From: Mobula hypostoma
Lineage: Eukaryota
NCBI RefSeq assembly: GCF_963921235.1
Contig: NC_086097.1
Location: 64,234,001-64,298,000 of the forward strand
Reading direction: 5' to 3'
DNA: 64,000 nt
In this document: positions 12,566-26,847 of the stretch, piece by piece
How positions within the stretch are numbered: the first letter of the stretch is position 1
Layout: each line of letters begins with the position of its first letter
Notes under the pieces: model-generated
Seen by the model: the letters and a program-made list of their open reading frames with translations, nothing else
What the model was told of the DNA's origin: nothing
Database searches by the model: none
Translations under genes and position numbers: made by a program

Positions 12566-13863
12566 ACTGAAGGAAGAGCTAGTAAGAGATTTGAAAGTGG
12601 GAGGGGGAGGGGAGATCCAAAATGATAGGAGAAGACAGGAGGGGGAGGGATGGAGCCAAGAGCTGGACAGGTGACTGGCAAAAGGGATATGAGAGGATCA
12701 TGGGACAGGAGGCCCAGGGAGAAGGAAAAGGGGGAGGGGGGAAGAAAAGCCAGAGGATGGGCAAGGGGTATAGTCAGAGGGACAGAGGGAGAAAAAGGAG
12801 AGAGAGAGAGAGAAAAAGAATGTGTGTTTATAAACAACGGATGGGGTATGAGGGGGAGGTGGGGCATTAGCAGAAGTTAGGGAAGCCAATGTTCATGCCA
12901 TCAGGTTGGAGGCTACCCAGACGGAATATAAGGTGTTGTTCCTCCAACCTTAGTGTGGCTTCATCTTTACAGTAGAGGAGGCCGTGGGTAGACATATCAG
13001 AATGGGAATGGGATGTGGAATTAAAATGTGTGGCCACTGGGAGATCCTGCTTTCTCTGGTGGACAGAGCATAGGTGTTCAGCAAAACGATCTTCCAGTCT
13101 GTGTTGGGTCTCGCCAATATATAGAAGGCCGCATCGGAAGCACCGGATGCAGTATAATCACCCCAGCCGACTCACAGGTGAAGTGTTGCCTCACCTGAAA
13201 GGACTGTCTGGGGCCCTTTCTGCAGGGATCGCTTCCTACATGACCCCCGTGTCCATTCGTCCCCCCCCATCCCTCCCCACTGATCTCCCTCCTGGTACTT
13301 ATCCTTGTAAGCGGAACAAGTGCTACACATGCCCTTACACTTCCTCCCTTACCACCATTCAGGGCCTCTGTCCGCCAGAGAAAGCAGGATCTCCCAGTGG
13401 CCACACATTTTAATTCCACGTCCCATTCCCATTCTGATATATCTATCCACGGCCTCCTCTACTGTAAAGGTGAAGCCACATTCAGGTTGGAGGAACAACA
13501 CCTTATATTCCGTCTGGGTAGCCTCCAACCTGATGGCATGAACACTGACTTCTCTATCTTCCGCTATGCCCCACCGCCCCCTCATACCCCATCCGTTATT
13601 TATCTATATACACACATTCTTTCTCTCTCCCTCTCTCCTTTTTCTTCCTCTGTCCCTCTGACTATACCCCTTGCCCATCCTCTGGGTTTCCCCCCCTCCC
13701 CCTTTTCCTTCTCCCTGGGCCTCCTGTCCCATGATCCTCTCATATCCCTTTTGCCAATCACCTGTCCAGCTCTTGGCTCCATCCCTCCCCCTCCTGTCTT
13801 CTCCTTATCATTTTGGATCTCCCCCTCCCCCTCTCAAATCACTTACTAGCTCTTCCTTCAGTT

Positions 13864-13900
13864 CGTCCTGACGAAGGGTCTCGGCCCGAAACGCCGACTG
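13864..13900 (+). ncRNA. Minimal hammerhead ribozyme copy with mutated cleavage triplet
   Basis: GUC-CUGACGA-A-GGG-UCUCGG-CCC-GAAA-C-GCC-GACUG; GUC changed to GCC. Confidence 0.65.
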
Positions 13901-14029
13901 TACCTCTTCCTAGAAATGCTGCCTGGCCTGCTGCGTTCACCAGTAACTTTGATGTGTGTTGGGAGATTTAGTAAGTCACTTACTTAATGAGTTATCAAAT
14001 CTCCTCAAACTGACCAGGGAACTGATAGT

Positions 14030-14790
14030 GATTTAAAAGATTGAGACCATGTGAAGTGTCACAAATGTACGTGGGAAGGGACTGAACCATAGGGGACAAA
14101 TTAGAGTCGAGGTATGCAGACAAAAGTTCATTTGGGTAGGAGTAGGCAGAAACAATGGGTCTTCTTGACAGTCAGTTTTGTGGATTTTGTGCAGGAGGTA
14201 GAAATGTACAGTGCAGGGTAAGGGAACTACTAGGTTGGTGACAGTGGATGGGAGAGCTCCAGAATTGATGGGCTGGTGATTGTGTGAGAAATAATGGCCT
14301 GATGCTTCACAGTGGGGTCCCTTTCAAGGGGTATTTAAGAGGAAGTGTCTGAGAGTTGCTGTCTAGCCTCAGCAAGATAGAGATCAGTCTACCAGTCTAT
14401 AACAGCATTCTGTTGTCTGTGGTTTTGATGGAGAGGGTGGGTTTGGTGTGGTAAGAGTGGAGGGCAGTCCTTTCAGAGAGCGTGAGGTTCGAATAGGAGA
14501 AAGGAGTACAGAAGTTTAGATGGTTGATATCTCACCGGCACTCAGTTATGAAGAGTCCCACAGCAGGAAACCCCCAACTTCTCACTTCATCCTCATTCAA
14601 ACAGCTTCCTCCTCACTTATCACTTACCAACTTGTACTCCTTCACCACCGCCCGCACCCCTCCCCAACTGCACCTTCTTCACTCCTGCTTTCTAGTCTGG
14701 ATGAGGAGTCTTGGCCCAAAATACTGACTGCTTATTCTTCTCCAGAGGTGCTGCCAGACCTGCTGAGTTCCTCCAGCATTGTGTGTGTGC
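14030..14790. mobile_element. Older Penelope-like fragment (RT N-terminal region on minus, pLTR tail on plus)
   Basis: gaagtgtcacaaa.. shared with the 2800 region; decayed hammerhead-like tail at ~14695-14735. Confidence 0.55.
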
Positions 14791-15282
14791 TGCTCTGGTT
14801 TGCAGGCTCCAATGCACAAGATCAAAAGAGAGGCTGCAGAGTTGTAGACTCAGCTTACTCCATAATAGGCACAAGCCTCCCAGACATTGAGGACATCTTC
14901 AAACGGCGATGCCTCAAGAATGTGACATCCGTCATTAAGGGCCCTCAACATGGACACGTCTTTTCATTACCACCATCAAAGAGGTAGTACACGAGCCTGA
15001 GGACACACACTCAATGTTTTAGGAACAGCTTCTTGCCCTCTGTGCTCATGGACCATTCAGAAACATGAACACCATCTTGCTATTCCTCTTTTGCACTGTT
15101 TATTTTTTATTGTAACTTGTAGCAATTTATGTCCTGCACTGTACGGCTGCCCCAAAACTGAAAAACAGTGTCATGACATGGTGCAAGTCAGTGATAATAA
15201 ACCTGTTTCTGACTTTGAAGTCAGGTGCAAAAAGCAGCTATTATTTTCTCCATTCCACTCGGAATCACACTGCAATAACAAG

Positions 15283-15947
15283 CAGGAGGAGGAGAAGATG
15301 GTGGCGCGACGCAGCGCGCGCGTCCTCTCCGGTGAATGATATCTGTAATCTGTCAAGTAGGGTACTGTGCACAATTCTGATTTGATAGAGACAGACGTGA
15401 GAGTACGGAGGAACATCTGGAGAAACTTCTGAAATGCCCGCTTCGCTGCCCCTGCTACTGTGTGGTGACCAGAATCTCTGGAGCAGAAGGCCCCGAATCC
15501 TTGGCTTTGCTGGTTTTGGCAGCTGGGGCGAAGTAGAAGGCGCTCAGGAGGCTGTATCGGAGGGGCTGGTCGGAGGCTCGAAGTTTTCGTACGGGCTCAG
15601 AGTCGGCTGTGGTCGGGTGCTGCCAATGCATCGGCAGTTGTTGATGCCCGGAGGTTTATGGCAGGGAGTTTCTCCTTTTTGCCGCCTGCTATCGGGGACT
15701 CGGGAGTCGATTGGGACTTGAGATTTTTTCTTACCGTGCCCATGGTCTGTTCTTTATCAAATTATGGTATTGCTTTGCACTGCTGCAACTATATGTTATA
15801 ATTATGTGGTTCTGTCAGTGTTAGTCTTTGGTTTGTCCTGTTTTTCTGTGATATCACTCTGGAGGAACATTGTATCATTTCTTAATGCATGTATGCATTT
15901 CTAAATGACAATAAAAGAGGACTGAGTGTTCTCATAATCTAATCTAA
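15283..15947 (+). mobile_element. Non-autonomous non-LTR element (LINE 5'UTR plus 3' tail)
   Basis: CpG-rich head GGAGAAGATGGTGGCGCG; AATAAA and (aatct)n tail. Confidence 0.55.
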
Positions 15948-16960
15948 TATTTTAAGTCTGAGTTGTGACTGAATATTATATGAAGATTTCTCTACTGTGT
16001 GACTGAAAAAAAAACACTTAGAACATAAAACATAAAACATTTAAGCACAATCTGGTAAACATGCCTATCAAAAATATCCAGCAAAAACTTTTCATCTGCG
16101 GCTGTCAACCAGCAAAAAAAGAAATGAAGATGCACCACCACACATCAAATCGTGTTAGATTACTGAACATCAGCATACAAGTTTTCTCAATGAATGGTCA
16201 AACAGTGCAATGTTTTGTACAAATTGCTTTATGCATGACAGGTCAAGAAGAGGCAAATGGTGGTGGTTGGGTGGAAGATGGATGGGACTGTGATGGCAGT
16301 AAATGGTTATTAATGATCGTGTATCTATTCTATCCAAGCAACATTCTATATAGCCTTGGAGAGATTTGTGTGTGGCTAATTGTGATTGTGGTGTTCTGTT
16401 ACTCATGGTAAGTGTGTTAACAATTTTAAATATTTCAAATTTAAAAAAATGTTCACAGCATTCTAAATGGAGCTTCATTGGTGCCACCCAAAAGCATTAT
16501 GCTTGGTCAGATTCTTACGTTGATAGAAGAAATGCAGCAATGAAAGTACAATGAACTAAGTAATTGATCTGTAAATATTTTCAAACATTTCAAAATCCAG
16601 GAACTAACTTTCTTTCCAATAGGAACTAAACTAGAAGTTAAAATTTTCAGGGTGAAGTGTAGGAACAAGTAGCAATGAACTTAGGACCATGTTAATGTTG
16701 CAGATGCAGTATATTAATACCCAAAAAGTAATAATGAAAATAATTCATTTTTTGCAAATAAATTTTTTGTGAAGTCTAAGACTAGCAACAGCAAAAAAAA
16801 CAGCTGAAAATCTACAATTTTAGAAGTATATTACAATAGAAACAAGGCACCACCAATAAATATCAATTATGAAATTGGATAATGTACTAGATATTCAATT
16901 AAAAAAATATGGTGCCTGTAAACTAAAACTGAAGCTCGGAGAAAAATAAACATATTTTTA

Positions 16961-17197
<237 letters not shown>

Positions 17198-17849
17198 TTA
17201 GCTTAGTGTGAAAAGGAATATATTATGTTCAGCAATATTTAAATATTTCTGCATCAAACATCACATCCTTAATAAAATATGCAATGCTGACCAATTAGAA
17301 GTTTTTGTTCGATTTTGAATTTTATAGGCAGCAAATAGGAACATTCTTTGGCAGAGAAACAGTAAAAATAAATTAGAAAAATGTCATAACCTAATACTTG
17401 AAATCTATTTGGTTTTTAGGTGGCCTCACTTTATATGACACCAACCACCACGACCCATCCCCAAATATCATGCAGCTGAGTGGATGGAAAAATAATTATA
17501 CGATGGAAAAATCCAAATTGGCATACTCCGCAAGAGGTGATGTAATTTACAATAACATTATTTTGGACATCTCTGACATGGCAATGTAGATTTACAATAT
17601 CAAGCAAGGCCTACATACATTCAAGGAAGAAATCAATAAACCCAATATTGATATCTTGAAGTAGGCACTTTTTGCTTTCAGTGAAGAGAATAATGCTTCG
17701 AAGAAGTTAATAGCAAACATCTCAAGATAAAAGAAAATGTACTGTTGTCAAAAGGCACTTATCTTTGAGATTTAAAGACTTGCTATCATACAACATTATA
17801 TAATTTAAAAACATCTTCAATGTGTGAAACATTAATTTGTACAATCTTA

Positions 17850-18065
<216 letters not shown>

Positions 18066-19072
18066 TTATTTTAATTTCAATTAATAAAAATGGACCAGCT
18101 ACAATGCTTAGACATACTCAATATTCCACTCTCCAAGTAATAAAAATAACTGTCACTGAACATTTATTCAATAAATGTCAAACTTAACAAAGTGACACAA
18201 AACAGAATTTCCGTTGGTTTTGCTAACTTAAAACAGCAAAGCTTTCTAAGCATCAGCAAACAGTTCTCATACTAAACTACAACTTGCAATCCTATCAAAT
18301 AGACTGGTGTGTGATACTGACACTTAAGATCTGGTCTACCAGATTATTAGAATATGCTAGAAGAGGCTACAGCACAGTGGAAGTAGAAAATAACATCTAT
18401 TAAGAGTCTGAGGCATAAGTGAGTCTCTATATATCGATACCAGCTCTTGGGAAAAAAAATGAGGAAACATCAATTGCTGGCTGACACAATCTAGCGAAGA
18501 CAGCAGTTGAATACATTAATGTTAGCCACATTTTCATGTTCAAAACTCTCTTCGTCAAAATACCTGACAATAACTTCTTACACTCTAATGTGGTGTGACT
18601 AAAGAGGCAAAGATGATTCAGACAAATGCCCAATCATAAGGCATGCCTATCATAAGTATTGCTATTAATATGTAAAGACTTTTATAACCCTTATGATTGT
18701 GTTTCTTACTTTAACTTTATTCAGTTTTATAGTATCTTCCTTGAGAATACATAAACGAATATCATTCCCAAAGGTTAAGCTACTTGGTGCTTAGTGCTGA
18801 ATCATGTAGTTAGAAAAGTCCCAATTTCAAAACCTCATATCTGTGCAAGGTAAATTAATTCATCCTAGATGTATGGTACTGAAATTGCTGGTATGCAGTT
18901 TAAAGCACAGAACTAATTTATGTAAAGAAGTTACTTCACATCCTAACATATTATCTGCATTGATAGCCAAAATGATGAGAGAATACCTGTCTCCATGGAG
19001 ATCAAGCTCTAAAAGTTATGCTACAAATTAATGAAATACAAGAGAAAACCTGAAGGAGATCACAATACTCAC

Positions 19073-19144
19073 CATTGCCTAGAGTCCAGGTTTTTTAATT
19101 CTCGCAACAGCTTTTCATTTTTCTTTAGAAGATGGAAAGTAGTC
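19073..19144 (-). CDS. RALGAPA1: RALGAPA1 coding exon ([24 protein letters not shown])
   Basis: CAG acceptor, GTGAGT donor; 72 nt, phase 2/2. Confidence 0.93.
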
Positions 19145-19449
19145 CTGTAATGAAACAATGTTTAAGTTAGAATTGAGATTATAATATTTTTCCCCAAGAT
19201 AGATAAAGCTTACTGCAATAAATCAAAACTAGAATGTACTTAAATACTTACAATGCAACATCAGGTAAATTAAAATTTATAAAATGAAAACAAAAATCAT
19301 TGTAGCAACTTACAGATAATTTAATTAATTTTTATCTAAGAACTCTGCAACAAAGTAAATTGCTGCCCTATTAAACTCCTTCCTAATTCTCAAAGAAAGT
19401 CCTTAGATTGTGATTGTGTCATCAAGCAATACCAATATTGTACTTAGTA

Positions 19450-19612
19450 CAGGTTTCCCCCGCCATCCGAAGGTAGAGCGTTCCTACGAAACAGTTCGTA
19501 AGCCGGAGTGTCGTAAAGCGAAGAAGCAATTACCATTAATTTATATGGGAAAAATTTGTGAGCATTCGCAGACCCAAAAATAACTTACCAAATCATGCCA
19601 AATAACACATAA
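19450..19612. mobile_element. Left-end fragment of the same Tigger family as 413-1794
   Basis: Near-identical to 413-575 and preceded by TA. Confidence 0.85.
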
Positions 19613-19615
19613 CAC

Positions 19616-20692
19616 ATGGCTGATTGGCAGGAGGCAGCGAGTGGGAATAAAAGGATCTTTTTCTGGTTGGCTGCCAGTGACTAGTGGTGTTCTGCAGGGG
19701 TCGGTGTTGGGATCACTTCTTTTTACGCTGCCTATAAATGATTTAGATGATGGAATAGATGACTTAGTTGTCAAGTTTGCAGATGAGATGAAGATTGGTG
19801 GAGTGGCAGGTGATATTGAAAAAAATAGGTAGGATGCAGAAGGACTTAGACAGATGAGAATGAGCAAGAAAGTGGCAAATGAAATACAATGTTGGAAAAT
19901 GCACAGTCATGCACTTTGGTAGTAGAAATAAATGTGCAAACTATTTTCTGAACAGGGAGAAAATCCAGGAATCTGAGATGCAGAGGGACTTGGGAGTCCT
20001 TGGGCAGAACACCCTGAAGGTTAACTTGCAGGCTGAGTTGGTGGTGAGGAAGGCAAGTGCCATGTTAGCATTCATTTCAAGAGGTCTAGAATACAAGAAT
20101 AAGGATGTGATGCTGAGGCTTTATAAGGGACTGGTGAGGCCTCACCTTGAGTATTGTAAACAGTTTTGGGCGCCTCATCTTAGAAAAGATATGCTGGCAT
20201 TGGAGAGGGTTCAGAGGAGGTTCACAAGGATGATTCCAGGAATGGAAGAGTTATTATAAGAGGAACGTTTGATAGCTCTGGGTCTGTACTCACTAGAATT
20301 CAGAAGGATGAGGGGAGATCTCATTGAAACCTTTTGAATGTTGAAGTGCCAAGACAGAGTAGATGTGGAAAGGACGTTTCCCATGGTGGGAGAGTCTTGG
20401 ACAAGAGAGCATAGCCTCAGGATAGAGGGGCGCCCTTTCAAAACAGAGATGTGGGGAAATTTCTTTAGCCAAAAGGTGGTGAATTTGTTGCTTCATGCAG
20501 CTGTGGAGGCCAGGTTGTTGGGTGTATTTAAGGCAGAGATTGATAGGTTCTTAATTGGACATGGAATCAAACGTTACAGGGAGAAGGCCGGGAACTGGGG
20601 TTGAGGAGGAGATAGAAAAAAAGCATCAGCCATGATTGAATGGTGGAGCAGACTCAATGGGTCAGATGGTCTAATTCTGCCTTATGGTCTTT
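19616..20692 (+). mobile_element. CR1/HER1-like LINE, 5'-truncated
   Basis: VTSGV.QGSVLG, KFAD, RPHLEYC.QFW.P motifs; typical 3'UTR. Confidence 0.9.
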
Positions 20693-21371
20693 GGATCAAA
20701 GGAAAATGAGACAGAATTTCACAACGGTATGTAAAATTGTTGGAAACAGTCAATGAAAACAGGAAAGACGCATTTCTATTTGCAAAACTATTAATAACCA
20801 GGATACATGACTGGATTAGAGTACAGGAAATCTTTTTTATTGCCAAAGGGAAAAAGGATTTCAGAAACAAAATGTAAGGAGGCATGAGCCTTCTAACATT
20901 TGGAAGGAACCTGAATGTATTCTCAAAAAACACTAACCAAGGCAATAGATCAATTGCCAGAAAATGAGAGTAACAAAAATTTTTTTTTGTTCAAGTTGGC
21001 TATGATAGACAAAATGGTCCTTTCAGTGCTGTAAATTTCTGTAATTCTGTGACTAATACAAATTGATTGAAAATGAGGATGCAGTAATATGTCGTAAGAC
21101 CTGCAAGAGGCCAAAGCTGGCGGAACATACATCTCAATTATTAGGAGGGCTTTATGGAGTTTGGAAACATAAATGAGAAATTATGCAGTGTGGAAAGTGG
21201 GAGACTGAACATCATAGAATTGGATGCAATGAAGGCATGGACAGGGTTTTCAGTTGCAGATAAAACGAAGGTATGTATGAATCAGAGCAAACAACGTCAA
21301 TATGGAAGCAAGTAGCCTTGGTGACAATAGATACAAGGTCAGAAAATTAACCTCAGTCTGCTGTGGAAAAA

Positions 21372-22260
21372 TGTCAAGTTCAAAATACGTTTATTATCAA
21401 AGTATGTATACTGGACACAACTTTGAGATTTGTCTGTTTGCAGGTAGCCACAAAACAAAGAAACACAATATATCCTATTAGAAAACCCCACACAACGAAG
21501 ATTGTGAAACACCTTATGTGCTAAAAAAATAAATTGTGTAAACAAAGTAAACAAATAACACACAGAACATTAACTAGTTTCCAAAAGTGAGTCCACAGCC
21601 AAGGAGCCAGTTCAGCTCTGAGGCGAGTATCAATGGTTGCAGGCCACAGCTGCAGAGTCAGATCAGTGCTGAAATGAGTAAACCTTGTCAAGCTGTGAGC
21701 TGAATACCAGTTTGTCCTTCTCCCTCAGCCTTGATAAAATTGTGCAAATGGTAAGTAAACAAAAACACACAGAACGTGAACTGCAGAGTCCCTGAAAGTG
21801 AATTCACAACTGCGGAGCCTGTTCAGCACAGAGGCGAGTGAAGCCCTTCCAGGAGCCTGATGGCTGCAGGGCAACAACTGCTCCGGAACCTGCTGGCGTG
21901 GGATCCAAGACTCCTACACCACCTGCCTGATGGGAGTAGTGAGAAGGAGAGACAGGTCAAATGCTGGCAGTCAGCACTGAACACCTGTTAGTCTTCTGCT
22001 CTCATCCTTGACAATTTTAATCTTTCTTGATGCTTTAATCAGCGCAGAGAAATAGAGTCAACCATGATATCTTCCGCCATTAGGACTCGGTGCAGCGCCC
22101 ACCCACAGCAATAGCTGCCCTGGCTGTACATGCACTTTCAAGAGTATGGTTCACTGAATTCCTCAGGAGATTTGTAAAAGCACCAGATCCTTTAGTCAGT
22201 TCAGAAGAATATCCTTAAAAGGGAATTTACAGGCTGCAGCAATCGCAGTTCAGAAGTATG
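21372..22260 (-). mobile_element. Non-autonomous Rex-related repeat with internal duplication
   Basis: Rex-type tail on minus; internal repeat aaagtga.t.caca..c...ggagcc.gttcagc at ~21583 and ~21795. Confidence 0.5.
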
Positions 22261-22908
22261 TCTACAAGAGTATCTAGTAGTTTTAGACAAAAACAGGTTC
22301 ATGCTAGTGTTCCACATGACACATTTCCCCAAGACTTGGTAGCTCTCATCAATATATTCTCTTTTCCCTTACTCTGTCACATGCTTATTTAGCTTCTCTC
22401 GAAGACACGTGTGCCATTTATTTCAGCCCACCACTCCCTACACATCATGCACTAATGTGCATGAGTCACGTCTTACCCATTCTAAGGATTATAAAAGCTT
22501 CCCCAGACTTACCCATCTATCATATACTATTTATAGTTCAGTTTCATCCCTGCCAAATGCAAATACCACTATTCCTATCAATAACTTGCATGCTTTTTTG
22601 CTTCCCCTTGAAATTTCAGCATGAATCTGTGGAATGTAACCAGAATGTGGTAATTTGATTATGCAACCTGCACAGGATCTGGAGAAATGATCATTTGGGT
22701 AAAATGTTCAATTTATTTGCTGGGCCATTTATTTTTCCAAGCTTTACAAAACAACTGCAGAAATCATACAATATTTTTTGCCCAAGAAAGTATTCTTGCT
22801 TTTCTTTTAAAAAATGCATAAACTGACTAAGGACATCCCAACTTTAAATACAATATGAAAAGTATTACAATTAAAATATAAATACACCTTATTAAATACG
22901 TATCTTAC

Positions 22909-23773
22909 CTTTTGTCCCAAGAATTCATGCCAAGAATATTTAACAGCATCCTGCAGTAGTAAAAGACAGATTGTGGTTCTTGTGGGGATGGTTCTTCCTG
23001 TTCCATTGCTTTCATATTCAGGTCATTGCCATGCTTCTCCACAAACTCTTCCTCTTCAGTGTATTGTTTTAGGATTGCATTGATTACATCATTTTCCTGT
23101 TTTTCTGAAATACAAACTGGAGGGGGAGCCGGGATGTTAAGCTGCACTCCAGCTCTCTGGAGACATTCTGGACTGGTGGAGCCCAGATATTGCAACATCT
23201 CGTCCAAGGCATCTTCATCATCATGAATTACATCCCAAGATGGCACCATTTCTCGGCATCTTCTTTTTGTTTGAGCTACCAAATACTCACTTAAGTCAAC
23301 ATCAGTAATTTCTGTCTCTTTGAACACTGATTCAGCCATTTGTTCTTCTTTATGAACGTTTGTGAACTTGTGAGCAATTTGCCTTTGTTGACAGCAATGA
23401 GGTGGTCCATAGAGAATTGCGGAATCCCAGGAGTACTTACCAGATATATCACGCATCACAACTCTAACATTTGAGGTAGCTGTTGAGAGTCCAGCTGACA
23501 TCCCTCCTCCTGGGATATTACCTTCAATGGGGATTTCCAAGTATGAAATAAGAGTAGAACTGTTCAGCACAAAAAATTGGAGATTTGGATTCTCAAAAAG
23601 TTCTGGGGAAAGTTCAGCACAGTCAGTAAAGGGATTGTCATGGCTTTCACTTATCAAACTGGTCAGCATTGCTGGGCCACCACTCAATGGATAATGGCCA
23701 ACATGATTTACCAAATGTATTATCACGGTCCGGGCAGCAACTGAAATCAAACCTTGCTGTATGCGACTCCTCA
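22909..23773 (-). CDS. RALGAPA1: RALGAPA1 large coding exon ([24 protein letters not shown]...[13 protein letters not shown])
   Basis: TAG acceptor, GTAAGA donor; 865 nt, phase 1/2; corresponds to ORF 22905..23774 (289 aa). Confidence 0.96.
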
Positions 23774-24185
23774 CTACAAGATAAAAGTGGAAAAAATTGT
23801 AAGTTTTTGACTAATTGATTATTTAATCACCAGTTAAAAAATGTAAATTAAAAATATGTAGTACAATCAACTGTGTATGACTCAATTTGAACATATTTTA
23901 AAAGATACAAAGACTGTATGATCAATCTAAAACATAGGCCTGGGTTTTGCTCATAAATATTGACAGTTCCTTGCATTTCTCAGCCTTAAATTTATTAGCA
24001 CGTGTGGAAATCCAAGTCCCAAACTTACTTGCCATGCCTTGCTAGCCCTTCCTTGGCTGTACTTCAGTAAAATGTTCCCTTAGTTTAAAGGGCAACAAAG
24101 GACAAAGGTTCTTGCTGAGATTCCCCAGTATTTCTGCAAATAAGATCAGGTGGAGGACCTGCATACAATGGGAATATTTCTTCAT

Positions 24186-24465
24186 TTATTGAGATACAGT
24201 GCGGAATAGGCCCTTCTGGCCCTGAGCTATGCCGCCCACCAATCCCCCGATTTAATCCCAGTCTGATAATGGGACAATCTACAATGGCCAATTAACCTAG
24301 CAACCGGTACATCTTTGGACTGTGGGAGGGAACTAGAGCACCCCAAGGGAGCCCACTCAGTCACAGGGAGAACGTACAAACCCCTCACAGGCAGTGGCGG
24401 GAATTGAACCCAGGTCACTTGTAACTGTAAGGCGTTGTGCTAACCATTATGCTACTGTGTTGCTC
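24186..24465 (-). mobile_element. tRNA-derived SINE (V-SINE/HE1-like)
   Basis: A-box-like TAGCATAATGG and B-box-like GGTTCAATTCC head; V-SINE-like core; CR1-like tail. Confidence 0.75.
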
Positions 24466-25261
24466 CAATAGTACAACTTTGAGACAGAAAGAGAACATTG
24501 TGAATTTTTTTTTTATCTAGTTGTTTATGATGTTTACTATTCTAATTCTTTTTAAAAGATGTTAATGTTTAATTAATTTTAAAGAAAGGGATAAGCTTTT
24601 GGCACAAGCACAAGAGATTCCGCAGATGCTGGAAATCCAGAGTAATATCCTGAAATGCTGAATCTTTATTATTTTCCATTGCTGCAGCCTACTGCGTTCC
24701 TCCAGCACTTTGTGTGTAAAAGTACCTGAAACATTTCTTCATGTCAGGGAACAAAGCAATGGGCACAAAAATTATCCAACCTATTTAAATTACAATGTAC
24801 TAGACTCACTGCTAATTGGGATGAAAAGTGAAAAACCCTTAATCTACACACTCACATGTTGATGACCCAAACTTTGTATAAAACAAAAATCACTTCACAT
24901 GTTCCAGCTTCAGTCATGGAGCTCTATTTCTAGCTTAATATCAATACGTTATCCCAGACTATACAGCTGGTGATTTACCACACACAATCACCAGCTGTCT
25001 GGATTAAAGTAGATGAATCCAGAATCTTCTTTATCCAGATGGTCCTTGAGCAGTGGCAAAGATTTAATTGATATAATGGAGTGCAGCAGGTGAGTCAAAA
25101 CAATAGAACTCAGAAAAGCCTTTGAGAACAGTAAAGCCCTGCCATCAGCTTGGCTTACTGTCAAAACATACAGTATTTGAATGACAGATATCTCCGATGT
25201 TCAGAAAGATTTTAAAACATATTAAAGTGGAACTAAGGCCAGTAGCAGAATATCTTTTAAG

Positions 25262-26548
25262 AGGGTGAACCCTTGCACGGTGTCAGACTCCAAAGCTGTA
25301 CCTGGCTATCACCTGCTGTGATGAAATGTTTTGACAGGTTGGTCATAGCTAGAATTAATCCCTGATGAGCAAGTACCTGGACTTGCTGCAATTTGCTTCC
25401 CTCCACAATAGGTGTATGGTGGAAGCAATCTCACTGGCTCTCCACTCGCCCTTACACCACCTGGACAACTGCAATACCTACGTCAGGCTGCTGTTTATTG
25501 ATTACAGTTTAGCATTCAATACCATCATCCATCAGTACTAATCACTCGAAACCCTGACCTGTGTAGTTCTCTCTGCAAATGGATCCTTAACTTCCTCATT
25601 GGGCGACCACAGTCAATGTGGATTGGAACTAACAACTCCTACTCACTGACAATTCACACAGGCATTCCTCGAGGATGTGTGCTTAGCCTACTCTCTCTAC
25701 GCCTATGACTGTGTGGCTAGGCACAGTTCAAACATCATCTATAAAATGAAAGAATCTCAGAAGGTGATAAGCAGGTATACAGGAATGAGATTATAGATAA
25801 GCTGGTTGAGTGGTATTGCAACAACCTTGCACTCAACATCAGTAATACCAAGGAACTGATTGTGGACTTCAAGATGGGGGAATTGGGAGAACACACAGCA
25901 GTTATTATTGAGGGCCAGCAGTGAAAAGGATGAGCAGCTTTGAATTCCTGGGTGTCAATATCTGTGAGGATCTATCCTGAGTCCAACATACGATTCAATT
26001 ACGAAGAAGGCATGTCAGCGGCTATATTTCATTAGGAGTTTGAAGAAATTTGGTATGTTACCAAAGACTTGATAGCAAATTACTACAGATGTACTGTGGA
26101 GAGCATTCCGCATGGTTGTATCACCATCTGGAATTGAGGCGCCAAGGCATAGGATCAGAAAAGCTGCAGGGGGTTGTGAACTCGGCTAGTTCCATCATCG
26201 GGACGAATCTCCCCACCAATAAGGAAACCTTCAAAAGGCAATGCCTCAAGAAGATGGTATCAATCATTAAGGACCCTCACCATCTCACAATATGCCCTCT
26301 CACATTACTACTATCAGGTGGTGGTACAGGACCCTGAAGACACACACAGATTTTTAGGAATAGCTTCTTATCCTATGTTATCAGATTTATGAAAGGTCCA
26401 TGAACACCACCTCACTTTTATGATCTCTTTTTGCACTTTTTAAAATATATATTCTTTTTGTCATTTATGGTAATTTTTGTGTATTGCACTGCACTACAGT
26501 TGCAGTACAAATTTCATGACACAGCCAGTGATAATAATCCTGATTCTC
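25262..26548 (+). mobile_element. Rex-Babar-like LINE, decayed
   Basis: RT motifs (IDYS.AFNTI, G..QGCVLS) and the gataataatcctgattct tail. Confidence 0.8.
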
Positions 26549-26847
26549 ATTTAAAATAATAAAATATAAATATTTAGCAAATCCAAATAAAAGGACATTT
26601 AAATTTTCTGTTTTTTCTGACATTCCTGAGTGAATTGAAAGATCTTGCAGATCCTGCGCCACAGCAGAAAGCAGATTCCATAGCACGTGTTGAGATGATC
26701 TGAGAAAAATCCAACCCTCCTGCTGGACTCCATGTGCATGTTTTGGAATACAAACCATTTCATGGGAGTCTTTAAATATCTCTACAGTTATGTTGAGGAA
26801 TGCCACCAATTTCATACTGAAATCTCTACACTCTCCAGTATTCTCCA

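Larger units (their letters stand above)
12432..13961. mobile_element. Penelope-like element with inverted pLTRs (GIY-YIG endonuclease C-terminus plus hammerhead in each arm)
   Basis: Arms ~12467-13065 and ~13370-13961 are reverse complements; peptide HFNSTSHSHSDISIHGLLYC..EEQHLIFRLGSLQPDGMN; probable 14-bp TSD gagatttaatacgt / gagatttagtaagt. Confidence 0.88.

Noticed and set aside
12406..13871. Cluster of overlapping ORFs on both strands as a novel gene
   Set aside because: Explained by the inverted Penelope arms and their purine/pyrimidine-biased UTR
24380..24465. tRNA gene (also at ~26850)
   Set aside because: The tRNA-like head runs into a SINE core and LINE-like tail; no complete cloverleaf
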